Source: Deltaproteobacteria bacterium (GTDB lineage Bacteria > Desulfobacterota > Desulfobacteria > Desulfobacterales > SURF-15). From it: 64,000 nt of DNA. Of the stretch, positions 26,606-36,806 are shown in pieces. The notes beneath the pieces are model-generated. The model ran no database searches, was not told the origin of the DNA, and saw nothing but the letters and a program-made list of their open reading frames with translations. The translations under genes and the position numbers were made by a program. The stretch spans positions 10,155 through 74,154 of the forward strand of contig JAFDFZ010000016.1 of NCBI GenBank assembly GCA_019309565.1, given 5' to 3'. Position 1 is the stretch's first letter. Every line of letters starts with the position of its first letter.

Positions 26606-27553
26606 TTATTTAATAAAATCGTCCGGATCATCCGGTTTGTAATTATCAAGCAGCGGACGTATTTCAAGCGATAGGCCTGCCTCCCAGTCAAACAACTCCA
26701 GACAATCCTTTTCCAGTTTTTTCGTAAACGCTCTTAACTTAATGCCCATGGGGCAGGAACGCTCGCAGGCCCCGCAGTCGGTGCACCGGCCGGCACAGTG
26801 ATAAGCCCTTAGCAAATGGAATGTCCGGATGTCGATTGGGTCAATACTTTTGCCGACCCACTGAGGTCGGGATTCATCCACGAAGCATGTAGGACAGTAG
26901 CAAAGAGGGCATGAATTTCTGCAAGCATAACACCGGATACATGGGGAAAGCAGATCGTCGAAATATTTCCATTTTTCTTCAGACGTCATGGCTTCGATTT
27001 GGCGAACCGTTTCATATCTGTCACCATCCGGTTGCTCTTCTACCGGATCCGAAACGAGTTCATCATAAAGCACCGGATTGCGATGAACACAAGTGGCACA
27101 ATTATCCTGAAGAACTTCTTTTTTTTCTATGGTCTTGTCAAATCCTGCACCCGTTACAATGACGATATCGGCTTCTTCCGAAACTTGGGTTATTTCGCCT
27201 TCAAACATCGCGGCAATGGCGCGTTTGTCAATCATCCCCTTGCACGGTACACCGATAATAAAGAGCTGCTCCCGCTTAATCTTGTTTTCGATGACGTGAT
27301 TAACAATATTTCGTGAGTCACACCCTTTGGCGACAATACCTATTTTTTCCTTTCTGTCGGTCAGATAATTCGCAAGATTGATCCCGCAGTTGCTGTCCCA
27401 CACAAATTGATCCACCTCTTGTGGCGTTTTTGCATAAAACGGCTCATTCATCATCGGTATGGTTCCTTTCCGGAAACCGATGACCATCTCGACCGTTTCT
27501 TCCTCTATCAGCCGTTTTGATATTTCCCTGATCCTGTCTATATATGCCAACAT
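26606..27553 (-). CDS. flxC: iron-sulfur protein FlxC-like (FrhB-N-like plus 2x[4Fe-4S])
   Basis: CIRCYACRNSCPLCYC and CTDCGACERSCP motifs. Its ATG overlaps the stop region of the MvhD gene (TAACATG). Confidence 0.7.
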   Translation of the reverse strand: MLAYIDRIREISKRLIEEETVEMVIGFRKGTIPMMNEPFYAKTPQEVDQFVWDSNCGINLANYLTDRKEKIGIVAKGCDSRNIVNHVIENKIKREQLFIIGVPCKGMIDKRAIAAMFEGEITQVSEEADIVIVTGAGFDKTIEKKEVLQDNCATCVHRNPVLYDELVSDPVEEQPDGDRYETVRQIEAMTSEEKWKYFDDLLSPCIRCYACRNSCPLCYCPTCFVDESRPQWVGKSIDPIDIRTFHLLRAYHCAGRCTDCGACERSCPMGIKLRAFTKKLEKDCLELFDWEAGLSLEIRPLLDNYKPDDPDDFIK

Positions 27554-27554
27554 G

Positions 27555-27986
27555 TTACGCTACCTTAGCCCGGGTCTTTACAAAGTAATGATCCGGTCCC
27601 AAGGCCTTAACCGCCTCGGTCACCTCCCTGGCCACGTCGATGAATTTGGTGGATTCAGCAGAGGAGATCCATGAAAAATGGAGGCGGCCAGGTTCAATTC
27701 CCATATATCCCATGATGTTCCTCAAGAGTGCAAACTTTCGGCGGGAGTAGTAATTACCTTCCAGGTAATGGCATTCGCCGGGATGTCAGCCGGAGACCCA
27801 TACGCCGTCGGCCCCCTCCCTCAATGCGGCCAAGATAAACTTGGCACCCATCCGTCCGGTGCAGGGTATGCGGATGACCCGTATGTTCGGCGGATATTGC
27901 ATCCTACCGACACCGGCAAGATCAGCGGCGCCGTAACTGCACCAGTTGCACAAGAAAGCCATTATTTTAGGTTCCCAATCAGACAT
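27555..27986 (-). CDS. flxD: MvhD/FlxD-type [2Fe-2S] protein containing selenocysteine (UGA at 27788-27786)
   Basis: The ORF track stops at ...GADGVWVSG. Reading through the TGA gives [22 protein letters not shown]...SWISSAES..., the conserved continuation of MvhD where homologues have GCHPGxCHY. The full product is 143 aa. AAGGAGG precedes the start. Confidence 0.85.
27753..27769 (-). other. SECIS-like hairpin AUUACC-UGGAA-GGUAAU, 16 nt after the mvhD UGA
   Basis: Perfect 6-bp stem with a G-containing 5-nt loop, read from the sequence. Confidence 0.5.
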
Positions 27987-28048
27987 TGTAAATACCTCCT
28001 TTATAACAACCCTCTCCTTTGAATAAATACGGAAAAAGCATACGCGCT

Positions 28049-31000
28049 TTACATTGCTGCTCTATTTAATGCAAAAATCTGTGAAAAAATCTGATCATTA
28101 TCAAAGCCCTTCAGATGGATGGCACCGGATCGGCAGGATGCGCAGCACAATCCGCATCCTTTACATAAGGCGGGCTGGATTTCCGCCTTGCCGCTTTTTT
28201 CATTAAATCGTGGGGCGGAATACGGACAGATCGACACGCAGACGCCACAGCTGCTGCAGCGGTTTTGATCCACAGCGGCTACCGTCCCGCTGACCGACAG
28301 CTGCCTTGCCGACAGGACGGTAACGGCCCTTGCCGCTGCGGCCTGAGCCTGTGTAATGGATTCGTCTATGGGTTTCGGGGCATGAGCGATCCCGCAAACG
28401 AACACACCGTCCGTTGCAAAATCAACGGGCCGGAGCTTTACATGGGCTTCTACAAAAAAGCCGTCATCATTCTGAGGCACTTTATAAAACCGGGCCAAGG
28501 GATTGTCTTTTTCCGAGACAATGGCGGAAGCCAGAACCAAAAGATCCGGCCGGATTTCCATCTGTTTTTTCAGCACGGTGTCGGTGAAGGTCAGCCGTAA
28601 GTCGGTTTGATCAACGGTTGCATCGAGGGCTTTGTCAGAGTCGTAACGGATAAAAGCGATTCCGCTGGAGCGCGCCTGCCGGTAAAGATCCTCTCGCAAT
28701 CCATATGGTCGCATGTCCCGGTACAAAATATAAACGTTCATATTGGGGTTGCTCTCCTTTAACGTAATCGCGCTTTTAATGGATTGGGGGCAGCAGACCT
28801 TTGAGCAGTATGGCCGCTCCGGTATACGCGAACCCACACATTGAACAAAGGCAACGGTATTGAGCTTTTTTAGGGAGGAATCGTTTTCAATAAATCGCTT
28901 CTGCAACTCCAGCCCGGTAACCACCCTGCAATCTTTGCCGTAGAGATACTGATCCGGCTTGAGTTCCGTGGCTCCGCAGGCAAAAATCGTTACCCCGTGT
29001 TCCAAGACGATGCTTTCCTCGTTGCTTTCCACCGTGGTTTTGAAGCTCCCGATAAAACCGTCTACCTGTGTGATCCGGGAGTTTAAAAATACCTCTATCC
29101 TCTCGTCGGACTCAACCGATTGAATCAGCTCGGTCAGGTGCTGCTGGATGCTTTCCCCCCGCCACGTTTCATGGAGATATTGTGCCTGTCCCCCCAGGCG
29201 GCATGACTTTTCAATAACATAAGTCCGGTAGCCCTGGTCAGCCAGGTTTTTGGCAGCGGTCATACCCGCAATGCCGCCGCCAATGACAAGGGCTGCCTGA
29301 TTGATTTCCATGGTCGGCTCGGTCAGGGGCTCAAAGAGCCTCGCCTTGGCTACAGCCATTTTGACCAGATCTTTGGCCTTTTCCGTGGCTTTTTCAGGAT
29401 CGTCTTTATGAACCCAGGAACATTGGTTTCGAATATTGGCCATCTCGAAAAGATATTTGTTGATGCCGGCGTTGATGAGCGTCTCTTGAAAAAGCGGCTC
29501 ATGGGTTCTCGGTGTGCATGCCGCCACAATCACCCGGTTCAGCCTGTGCTGCTGGATGACCTCAGTCATTTTATCCTGGGTATCCTGAGAGCAACTGAAC
29601 ATATTCTCCTGGGCATAGACAACTCCGGGCAATTTTTGCGCAAACTCAACCACACCGGGCACATCAACAGTTCCCGCGATATTGGTGCCGCAACGGCATA
29701 CAAAAACACCGATTCTGGGGGGTTCGCCCCTAAGATCAATCTCCTCAGGAACATGCTTTGTCTTTGTCAGGCTCCACCGGGATGCTGAGAGTTTACTTCC
29801 CGCCACTCCCGCGGCAGCACTGGAATCGATTACCGAAGACGGAATATCCTTCGGCGCCTGGAATGCGCCGCAAACATATATGCCCGGTTTGGAACTCTGG
29901 ACCGGTTTAAAGCTGTTTGTTCTAGCGAAACCGTAAGGGTCCATTTCGACGCCCAATTTCCGGGCCAGCTGCACCCCCTCACGGGTCACTCCCAGACCCA
30001 CGGACAGCACCACCATATCAAATTCTTCTTCGACTCTCTTTCCAGCTTGATCGACGTAGTGGATCAGATGCCGTCCTGAATCGTTCATCGGAGAAATGTG
30101 GGTGATTCTGGACTTGATAAACCGCACGCCCAGTTCATCTTTGGCGCGGTTGTAATATCTTTCAAAGTCTTTACCAAAGGTGCGGATATCAATATAAAAA
30201 ATTGCAGTGTCTAGTTGCCCTTTGCGATGTTCCTTAGCCAGCATGGCTTCCTTGATGGCGTAGGTGCAGCATACGGAAGAGCAGTATCCTCTGGCGCCTA
30301 TATGCTCGTCTCTGGACCCGATGCATTGAAGCCAGGCAATCTTTTCAGGCTCTTTTCGGTCCGAAGGCCGGACCAGATGCCCGCCATAGGGCCCGGATGC
30401 AGAAAGAATTCTTTCAAATTCCAGGCTTGTTATAATATTGGGTTGCCTTTTGTAACCATAGGTGTCATGGACCGCCGGATCAAAGGTCTCACTGCCTTGG
30501 GTGAGAATGATCGCACCCACATTCAGGGTGAGTTCCTTTTTCTCATCATCAAATCTAATCGCCCCGCTGGGACAGAGTTTTTCACATGCTCTGCACCGGC
30601 CCTTGGCGAAATAGATACAATTTCTGCGATCAATGGCGTATTTTAACGGAACCGCCTGAGCATACTTGACATAGATGGCTTTACGCTGGTTCAAACCGCC
30701 TTCATATTCATTGGGTACTTTTTTGGGGCACTTTTCAGCACACAGACCGCAAGCGATGCATTTGTCCATATCCACGTAGCGCGGATGCTGCGTCACATTG
30801 ACCTGAAAGTTACCTGCTTCGCCGGAAATGGTGTTTACTTCCGAAAACGTCAACAATTCGATGTTGATGTGCCGGCCGACCTCGACCAGTTTGGGTGAGA
30901 TAATTCACATGGCACAGTCATTGGTCGGGAAGGTTTTATCCAGTTGCGACATCATACCACCGATGGAGCTGGATTTTTCGACGAGATAAACATAATACCC

Positions 31001-31084
31001 GGAATTCGCCAGGTCCAATGCCGCCTGCATTCCGGTGATTCCACCGCCAATCACCATCACCGAGCCTATTTGATCTTTTTGCAT
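28049..31084 (-). CDS. hdrA: heterodisulfide reductase subunit A, tandem-domain form, containing selenocysteine (UGA at 30907-30905)
   Basis: Upstream of the ORF-track fragment the same frame reads [80 protein letters not shown]. This is the conserved HdrA N-terminus, with Sec where homologues have the second Cys of the CxxC. A second FAD fold is [21 protein letters not shown]. There is a C-terminal 2x[4Fe-4S] domain. Total length 1011 aa. Confidence 0.88.
30872..30889 (-). other. SECIS-like hairpin CUGGUC-GAGGUC-GGCCGG, 15 nt after the hdrA UGA
   Basis: 6-bp stem (two G-U pairs) with a loop containing GGUC, read from the sequence. Confidence 0.45.
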
Positions 31085-31087
31085 GTT

Positions 31088-31966
31088 TTACTCCTGAGCC
31101 AAGAATGAGGTGATGCCGCTGATATCGAGCCGATTCATTCCGATTCCCAGCGTCCCCACGTCGACGCCCATGCAGAGCCCCAGCAGTTGCGGGTAGAGAA
31201 TACAGGCAAGACGCTGTCTATCTCCATTACCGGAGATCATCATTTCCTGCACCGTATCAAATTGCATGTAACAGTACGGACAGGCTGCGCATAGATAGTG
31301 GGCGCCTGATTTGATCCCGTCTGAAATCTTTTTCCGGGTCAATTTCATCGCAAGATCATCGTTGATACCCGTCAAGGGCGCGCCGCAGCACTCCAGCTTG
31401 CGCGGCCAGTCGACACTCTTGGCCCCCGTGACCTTTATCAGTGTATCAAACATCCTGGGAGCGACGGGATCGTCAAACTGGGTTACACTGCTTGGCCGCA
31501 GGGCATGGCATCCATAATGGGTTGCAATATGAAGCCCCTTGCATGATCTGGCAATCCTGGCCTTTAATGTCTCAATGCCCACGTCATGATAAAGCACGGA
31601 AAGTAGATGCTTCACCTGGACATTGCCTTCATATTTTAGCCCCTTCTCAGCAAGCAGTTCATTGATTTCTGCCAGAATATTTTCATCCCCCTTTAAGAGA
31701 TGTTGCGCTTCCTTCAGAGTTCCGAAACAACATTTGCACAGGACCAGTATGTCAAGGCCTGCCGCTTCGGCCAGGGCCAGGTTACCGGCAGAAGAAAGTG
31801 CAAATGCTTTCCTGTCAATGTTTCGCATGGGGTATCCGCAGCAGTTAAATTCCCGGATATCAACCAGCTGCACATCCAGCTTTTTTAATACCGCTCTTGC
31901 CGCGCCGTCATATTGATTGACCCTGGCGGGTATATTACAGCCTAAAAATATTGCATATTTCATCAT
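31088..31966 (-). CDS. hdrB: heterodisulfide reductase subunit B-like (two CCG domains)
   Basis: CCG motifs FNCCGYP and LECCGAP, with the Cys patterns of the non-cubane cluster. It ends 3 nt before the hdrA start. Confidence 0.88.
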   Translation of the reverse strand: MMKYAIFLGCNIPARVNQYDGAARAVLKKLDVQLVDIREFNCCGYPMRNIDRKAFALSSAGNLALAEAAGLDILVLCKCCFGTLKEAQHLLKGDENILAEINELLAEKGLKYEGNVQVKHLLSVLYHDVGIETLKARIARSCKGLHIATHYGCHALRPSSVTQFDDPVAPRMFDTLIKVTGAKSVDWPRKLECCGAPLTGINDDLAMKLTRKKISDGIKSGAHYLCAACPYCYMQFDTVQEMMISGNGDRQRLACILYPQLLGLCMGVDVGTLGIGMNRLDISGITSFLAQE

Positions 31967-32022
31967 GGTAGGCCCACCTCAATTTTATAATACAGTTACA
32001 TCTACTCCCCTTTTTCCAAGCC

Positions 32023-33777
32023 TTAACAGGTCGATACCCTGTCGTGTTTCATTTTTTTGACCGCCAGGATTTTTAACTGAAAGAAAAGGTCTGTGATATT
32101 CACCTTCTGGGGGCAGTGTTCCTGGCATTGATAGCAGGTAACGCAATCCCAAAGCATCCTCGGCCCGGAGGCCATCTCAACCAGGCCCATACCGAGACAG
32201 CACATAATTTGATGCGGCAGCAACCCCAACGTCTCTTCCGGATTGTCGTAGCTGTCTACAACAGGGCATACATTCGTGCAGCTCTGGCAACCGAAACAAT
32301 AGGCGTATGTGTGGGCATTTGGAAGATCAGTCCACGGATCAGCGCTACGGTCTGTAAGAAAGATGGGTTCTTGCTGTTTTAGGGTCGTTTCAAACGCCCT
32401 GGATACAGCCTGATGAGCCGCTTCAAGAGGCTTTATATAGTTGTCCGCAGGTAGGTTTCTTCTATTCAAACCCCTGAAAAAGGAATACGGAGAAAGAACC
32501 AGCGGTTCCGGATATCCTTTCTGAACAAGGTCCTCTCTTACATCGAACCACAGCTGCTTTAGATTGATCCCTGCCGGACAGGTCACCGTGCAGCGGTCAC
32601 AATTTGTACAAAGGTAAATACCTTCCCGGATGGCTTTCAGCTCATCCCGGCCAACTTCTTTTCCGGCGGCCAGAGTCTTAAGGAAGGTCATCTTTTCAGA
32701 AGGCAGAATGTATGGGTTCCCAATGGCATCAAATGCCGTAGCCGACGAACACCGCAAATTGCAAGTACTGCAGTGTGTGCATGCGTCCAGCTCCAGCGCT
32801 TGTAAGGTTGCAATATTTGCGGGGTCTGATTTTTCTTTTTCCATGGCCGCATTGGCCAGAAGGCTGATGGGAATTGCAATGATGTGAAACATCTTACTGA
32901 AAGGAAGATAAGCCAGGCCTATAAAACAGCCCAGAATATGGACATACCACAGGAAATCAGTACCTCCGGCCCGATCCAGCGGCAATGCGATCGGTTTCAG
33001 GGCCCTTGAAACGCTGTACCCTGCAAAGGCCCATTTTGATGAAGAGTGGCAATCGATACAATTTGCTTCGTGGATTTCAAGGCCCGCTGCCAATACCTCC
33101 TTACCAAAAGGTCCTTTCACGTTCGGGGAAACTAAGCCAAACTCTTTGACCCATACACTTTCAAGCGACTCGATTTCTTCTTCATCATCCAGGCCGGCGT
33201 AATCCTCGACCATTCTCATAAACACCGTGTGTGACGTAATTTTTACCCCTTCAAGCAACAGACCTGAAATCATAATCACAGCCAGGATAATGATCGCGTA
33301 GTAATCCATCGCATTGGTTTTAAGCCGCGGCATCTTCAGAATGAACCGGCGATAGACGGCAATGAACAGACCGACAATGACCATGGTGCCAAAAAAATCT
33401 CTCAAAAAGAAAAACGGGTTAATCGTTGAATAATAGTCAGTGAACAGGGATGCGGTGATCATTTTGTCAAGGGCATGCATCAACAGCAGCAGAATGAAAC
33501 CGCCATATATCAGCATGTGCATCAACCAGCGGAGAAAATCCTCTTTTAAAATTCTTATCTGCAGCACCACATCCAGCATCAAAACCTTTACCAAGATCAG
33601 AATTTTAGAACTGAAAACAACTCCTACTATCCCTCTGGCGGCCGATGAGACCCTTTCCGAAATTTTGATATTTCTGGCTGAAAAACCGATTTTCCGTGAA
33701 AACCAGGTAGAAACCCTATAAATGAGGCCAAGAAAAAAGATAGCAAGAGAGGTATAAAGAAAAACAGAAAATGGCAT
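32023..33777 (-). CDS. membrane-anchored fusion: NarI/DsrM/HdrE-like cytochrome b domain plus HdrC-like 4x Cys-cluster domain
   Basis: The N-terminal 5-6 TM helices carry His pairs (WLMHMLIYGG ... LLLMHAL). The C-terminal half carries CTHCSTCNLRC, CTNCDRCTVTCP, CFGCQSCTNVCP and CVTCYQCQEHCP. I prefer start 33777 (GGAG 8 nt upstream); the ORF-track start is 33795. Confidence 0.8.
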   Translation of the reverse strand: MPFSVFLYTSLAIFFLGLIYRVSTWFSRKIGFSARNIKISERVSSAARGIVGVVFSSKILILVKVLMLDVVLQIRILKEDFLRWLMHMLIYGGFILLLLMHALDKMITASLFTDYYSTINPFFFLRDFFGTMVIVGLFIAVYRRFILKMPRLKTNAMDYYAIIILAVIMISGLLLEGVKITSHTVFMRMVEDYAGLDDEEEIESLESVWVKEFGLVSPNVKGPFGKEVLAAGLEIHEANCIDCHSSSKWAFAGYSVSRALKPIALPLDRAGGTDFLWYVHILGCFIGLAYLPFSKMFHIIAIPISLLANAAMEKEKSDPANIATLQALELDACTHCSTCNLRCSSATAFDAIGNPYILPSEKMTFLKTLAAGKEVGRDELKAIREGIYLCTNCDRCTVTCPAGINLKQLWFDVREDLVQKGYPEPLVLSPYSFFRGLNRRNLPADNYIKPLEAAHQAVSRAFETTLKQQEPIFLTDRSADPWTDLPNAHTYAYCFGCQSCTNVCPVVDSYDNPEETLGLLPHQIMCCLGMGLVEMASGPRMLWDCVTCYQCQEHCPQKVNITDLFFQLKILAVKKMKHDRVSTC

Positions 33778-33841
33778 GTAACACACTCCATCCATTTATT
33801 GGTTTAATTTTTAAAACATTGAATTAGATTCACGCTACAGG

Positions 33842-35734
33842 TTAACTTACAGGAAATTGAACAACGAAAAGAGAGCCCAGCCCCTCTTCACTTTCAACGA
33901 TGATCCGACCACCGTGCCGCGCGACGATCTCCTTGACGATTGGAAGCCCTAAGCCGGTCCCGTGTTCCACAACGCTTTTGGCGTTTTCGGCTCTGAAAAA
34001 TTCATCGAAAAGCCGCGGCCTGGCATCTTTCGGGATTCCGATACCCGTGTCGCTCACCTGAATTTGCACGGTCTTCTTGGGGCCTTTTGAAAATTCAACC
34101 CGAACGGTTCCAGCCGCCGGGGTGTAGTTAATGGCGTTTGAAACAAGATTCTCAAGCGCCTGTTCAATCATATCCGCATCCCCCTGAATGGTCGGCAAAT
34201 CGTTGGAAACAACTACATCGAATTTGAGACCTTTTTGAAGGGCTTCATCCTGAAATGTCCGCTGAATCCGTCCCGCAACCACTTTCAGATCGACCGTATT
34301 GAACGCTCGTTTGCGTTTTTCATCTCTGTTCTGGGCCAGCATCAGCAATTCGTTGATCATAGAAATCATGGTTCGGGCGCGGCGATGCACCCGGCGCAAA
34401 TACTCACTCTGGGCGTCCGTGAGTTCCCCCTGGTACCCGCCCCGGACGACATCCAAGATGCTGACGATGGCTGCCAGGGGTGACCGCAGATTATGAGCCA
34501 CCCGCATCATGAACCAGGACCGTTCATTCATCAGTTTTTCAATGGCCTCATAGGATCGAGCGTTTTCGATGGCAACGGCAACCAGCCCCGCCGCCTGGCG
34601 AAAGAAATCGACCTCTTCTTGAGAGAAGCGTTCCTGATATTTACAATAGGCTCCTAAAATCCCAATCACCTTATCTTCCACGGTCAACGGGACGAACAGG
34701 ACCGACTGCACATTGGCAGCTGCCAGATCTTCGCCGAATTGAAACATCTCCCTTTGCGTTACGCGTCCGGTTACAAAGGATTTTCCCTCAACAACCTGCC
34801 GATTCAAGGGACTCTTTGCCACTTCGACCACCCTGCTTTTGAAAACATCTGCCACCAGCCCCTCGGCGGCGACATAGTGAAGAAATTTTCCGTCTTCGCT
34901 GAGCAGCTTTACCGAGATGCCAAGCACACCCATGACGTGACACAGCTCCGAGGTCACGATTTTCAATACTTGATCTAATTTTTTGACCGATCCGATGGCC
35001 TGGTTCATCACATACAAAGCATTCAACCTGTCATTCAGCCGCCGGAAAGCCTCCGAGAGCTCCACCAGATTCGAAATTCTCTTCCGGACCATGCCCATGA
35101 TAGAGGAGGTGCAAAAGGCCGTGATGTACACCGACGCCGTGAAAAATCCTAAAATCGCCATCATGTGCGCAGGCAATTCGAATAAATTAACGGTTTTGCT
35201 CTGGAAGATGATAGGGTGCGGTGAAATCCAGCCCAAATATTCAGCAAAGGCAATCCCGATCATGCCCGCCGCGACCAAGGAAGCAAATCCATAGCTTGAT
35301 CGAGGCGGAAGAAGAATCGAAGCAAAAATGATGTGAAAAATGAAGAAAAAAATGAGCGGACTGGTGACGCCGCCGGTGAAGTGTATCAGCAGAAACATGG
35401 CGATGTAATCCAGGCCGAACTGCCATCGGGTCAGATTCCGAACATAATCCCGCTGTCCGATAACCTTGTAGGCCTGGTTGCGCCCGACCAGATAAAACAA
35501 AATATTATAGGCCAAAATGGATGCCGCCATGATAAACAAAATACCTATGGGAAGTTTTTCAAACCCGAGCAGAACGGCGACTACGGCTCCCACCACAATG
35601 CCGGGTGGAACAAACCAGCGAAGCCGGATAAACCATTGGGTGCGTTCCCTGAGTTCCCTGAAGATGACCCGCTTTTGGTCTTCGATCTCCCGGGGGTATC
35701 CCCGGTCTTTATTTTCTGATAGGTCTTGACTCAT
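33842..35734 (-). CDS. membrane sensor histidine kinase (multi-TM, GAF, HisKA, HATPase_c)
   Basis: H-box VAHNLRSPL, N box LVSNAINYT, and G boxes DTGIGI / GTGLGL. A GAF-like region sits between the TM block and the H-box. Confidence 0.88.
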   Translation of the reverse strand: MSQDLSENKDRGYPREIEDQKRVIFRELRERTQWFIRLRWFVPPGIVVGAVVAVLLGFEKLPIGILFIMAASILAYNILFYLVGRNQAYKVIGQRDYVRNLTRWQFGLDYIAMFLLIHFTGGVTSPLIFFFIFHIIFASILLPPRSSYGFASLVAAGMIGIAFAEYLGWISPHPIIFQSKTVNLFELPAHMMAILGFFTASVYITAFCTSSIMGMVRKRISNLVELSEAFRRLNDRLNALYVMNQAIGSVKKLDQVLKIVTSELCHVMGVLGISVKLLSEDGKFLHYVAAEGLVADVFKSRVVEVAKSPLNRQVVEGKSFVTGRVTQREMFQFGEDLAAANVQSVLFVPLTVEDKVIGILGAYCKYQERFSQEEVDFFRQAAGLVAVAIENARSYEAIEKLMNERSWFMMRVAHNLRSPLAAIVSILDVVRGGYQGELTDAQSEYLRRVHRRARTMISMINELLMLAQNRDEKRKRAFNTVDLKVVAGRIQRTFQDEALQKGLKFDVVVSNDLPTIQGDADMIEQALENLVSNAINYTPAAGTVRVEFSKGPKKTVQIQVSDTGIGIPKDARPRLFDEFFRAENAKSVVEHGTGLGLPIVKEIVARHGGRIIVESEEGLGSLFVVQFPVS

Positions 35735-35878
35735 ATGAAGGCTCCGGCGGCCTGAAACCGATTTGCCGTCCCATCCCGATCGGGATTAGAGGGGTAAATG
35801 CGGTTCGCTGTTTGAAGATAAGCGGCTTTGTCTCGCCATGGCTCCCGGCATGCGGAAACGACGCCTTTTACAGCTGCA

Positions 35879-36292
35879 TCATGAATCTTTTTTCTGCCCA
35901 AGGATGTCCTCAATAGCGGAGAGGAGTTTTTCCGGATCGATGGGTTTTTCAAAAAACATGGTGACCGGCCAATCCTCGCCCAAAATATGCTGGAACTTCT
36001 CCGGCCCTTCTTCGGCCATCTTTTTAGGAAACGAGGTCAAAATCAGGATAGGAATCTTTTTATATTCCGGGTTACGTTGAAGCTTGTAGGCAAGATCGAA
36101 TCCTTCCGTGTCCGTGGACATCATTACATCCAGGATGATTACATCCGGGACTTTTTTCTCTATCTCCGCGTATCCTTCCTTTCCGTTATAAGCGGCCCTT
36201 ACCTGGTACGCTTTGCTTTCGAGGACGATACGCATCGTGTCCACCAAATCCCTGTCATCCTCAATAATAAGGATGTCTGCTGGGTTTCCCAT
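35879..36292 (-). CDS. single-domain response regulator (REC only)
   Basis: IIEDD acidic pocket, phospho-acceptor in IILDVMM, and a conserved K in FEKP. AGGAG lies 6 nt upstream of the start. Confidence 0.88.
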   Translation of the reverse strand: MGNPADILIIEDDRDLVDTMRIVLESKAYQVRAAYNGKEGYAEIEKKVPDVIILDVMMSTDTEGFDLAYKLQRNPEYKKIPILILTSFPKKMAEEGPEKFQHILGEDWPVTMFFEKPIDPEKLLSAIEDILGQKKDS

Positions 36293-36803
36293 GGTTTACT
36301 CCTGTATCCTTATATGTTTTTATTGATTTTCTCGTTGTGGATCTTTTTTCAATAAATTGCAAAATCTCCCAACTGACTTTTTCGGCCCTCCTTTCAGCCC
36401 ATGGACTCAGTTTGTCTCCAAAACCAAAATCATCTCCCTGAATGGAAACCAACCACGCCGGAATCGATCGGTGGTAGAGAGCCTGGATAAGACCCAGGAG
36501 ATAGGACGGCTGGACATGATGGGTCAGATATGGCCGGTTTCGCGTTTCCGGAGAAACCCTGTGCCAGGTCCGTCCGCCGTCCAGGTTTTCTACTGTTGCA
36601 TCGACAAACAGGAGCAGATCGGCTTTGCACAATTGTTCAACCTGATCCACCGCAAGCTGATGCAATGCCAAGAGGCGAACCTCCTTTTTGTGCTCTAGAA
36701 TACCCTTAAGCCTGTTCACAACAAAGGGTCCGATGCCATCGTCCCGCCGCTGCGGGTTGCCGTAACCGATTATCCAACATCTGTGAGAACAAGGTGTTGC
36801 CAC
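36261..36803 (-). CDS. [NiFe] hydrogenase maturation endopeptidase (HyaD/HoxW/FrhD family)
   Basis: The GYGNPQRRDDGIG motif. The gene lies directly after the large-subunit gene. Confidence 0.85.
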   Translation of the reverse strand: MATPCSHRCWIIGYGNPQRRDDGIGPFVVNRLKGILEHKKEVRLLALHQLAVDQVEQLCKADLLLFVDATVENLDGGRTWHRVSPETRNRPYLTHHVQPSYLLGLIQALYHRSIPAWLVSIQGDDFGFGDKLSPWAERRAEKVSWEILQFIEKRSTTRKSIKTYKDTGVNHGKPSRHPYY

Positions 36804-36806
36804 GGC

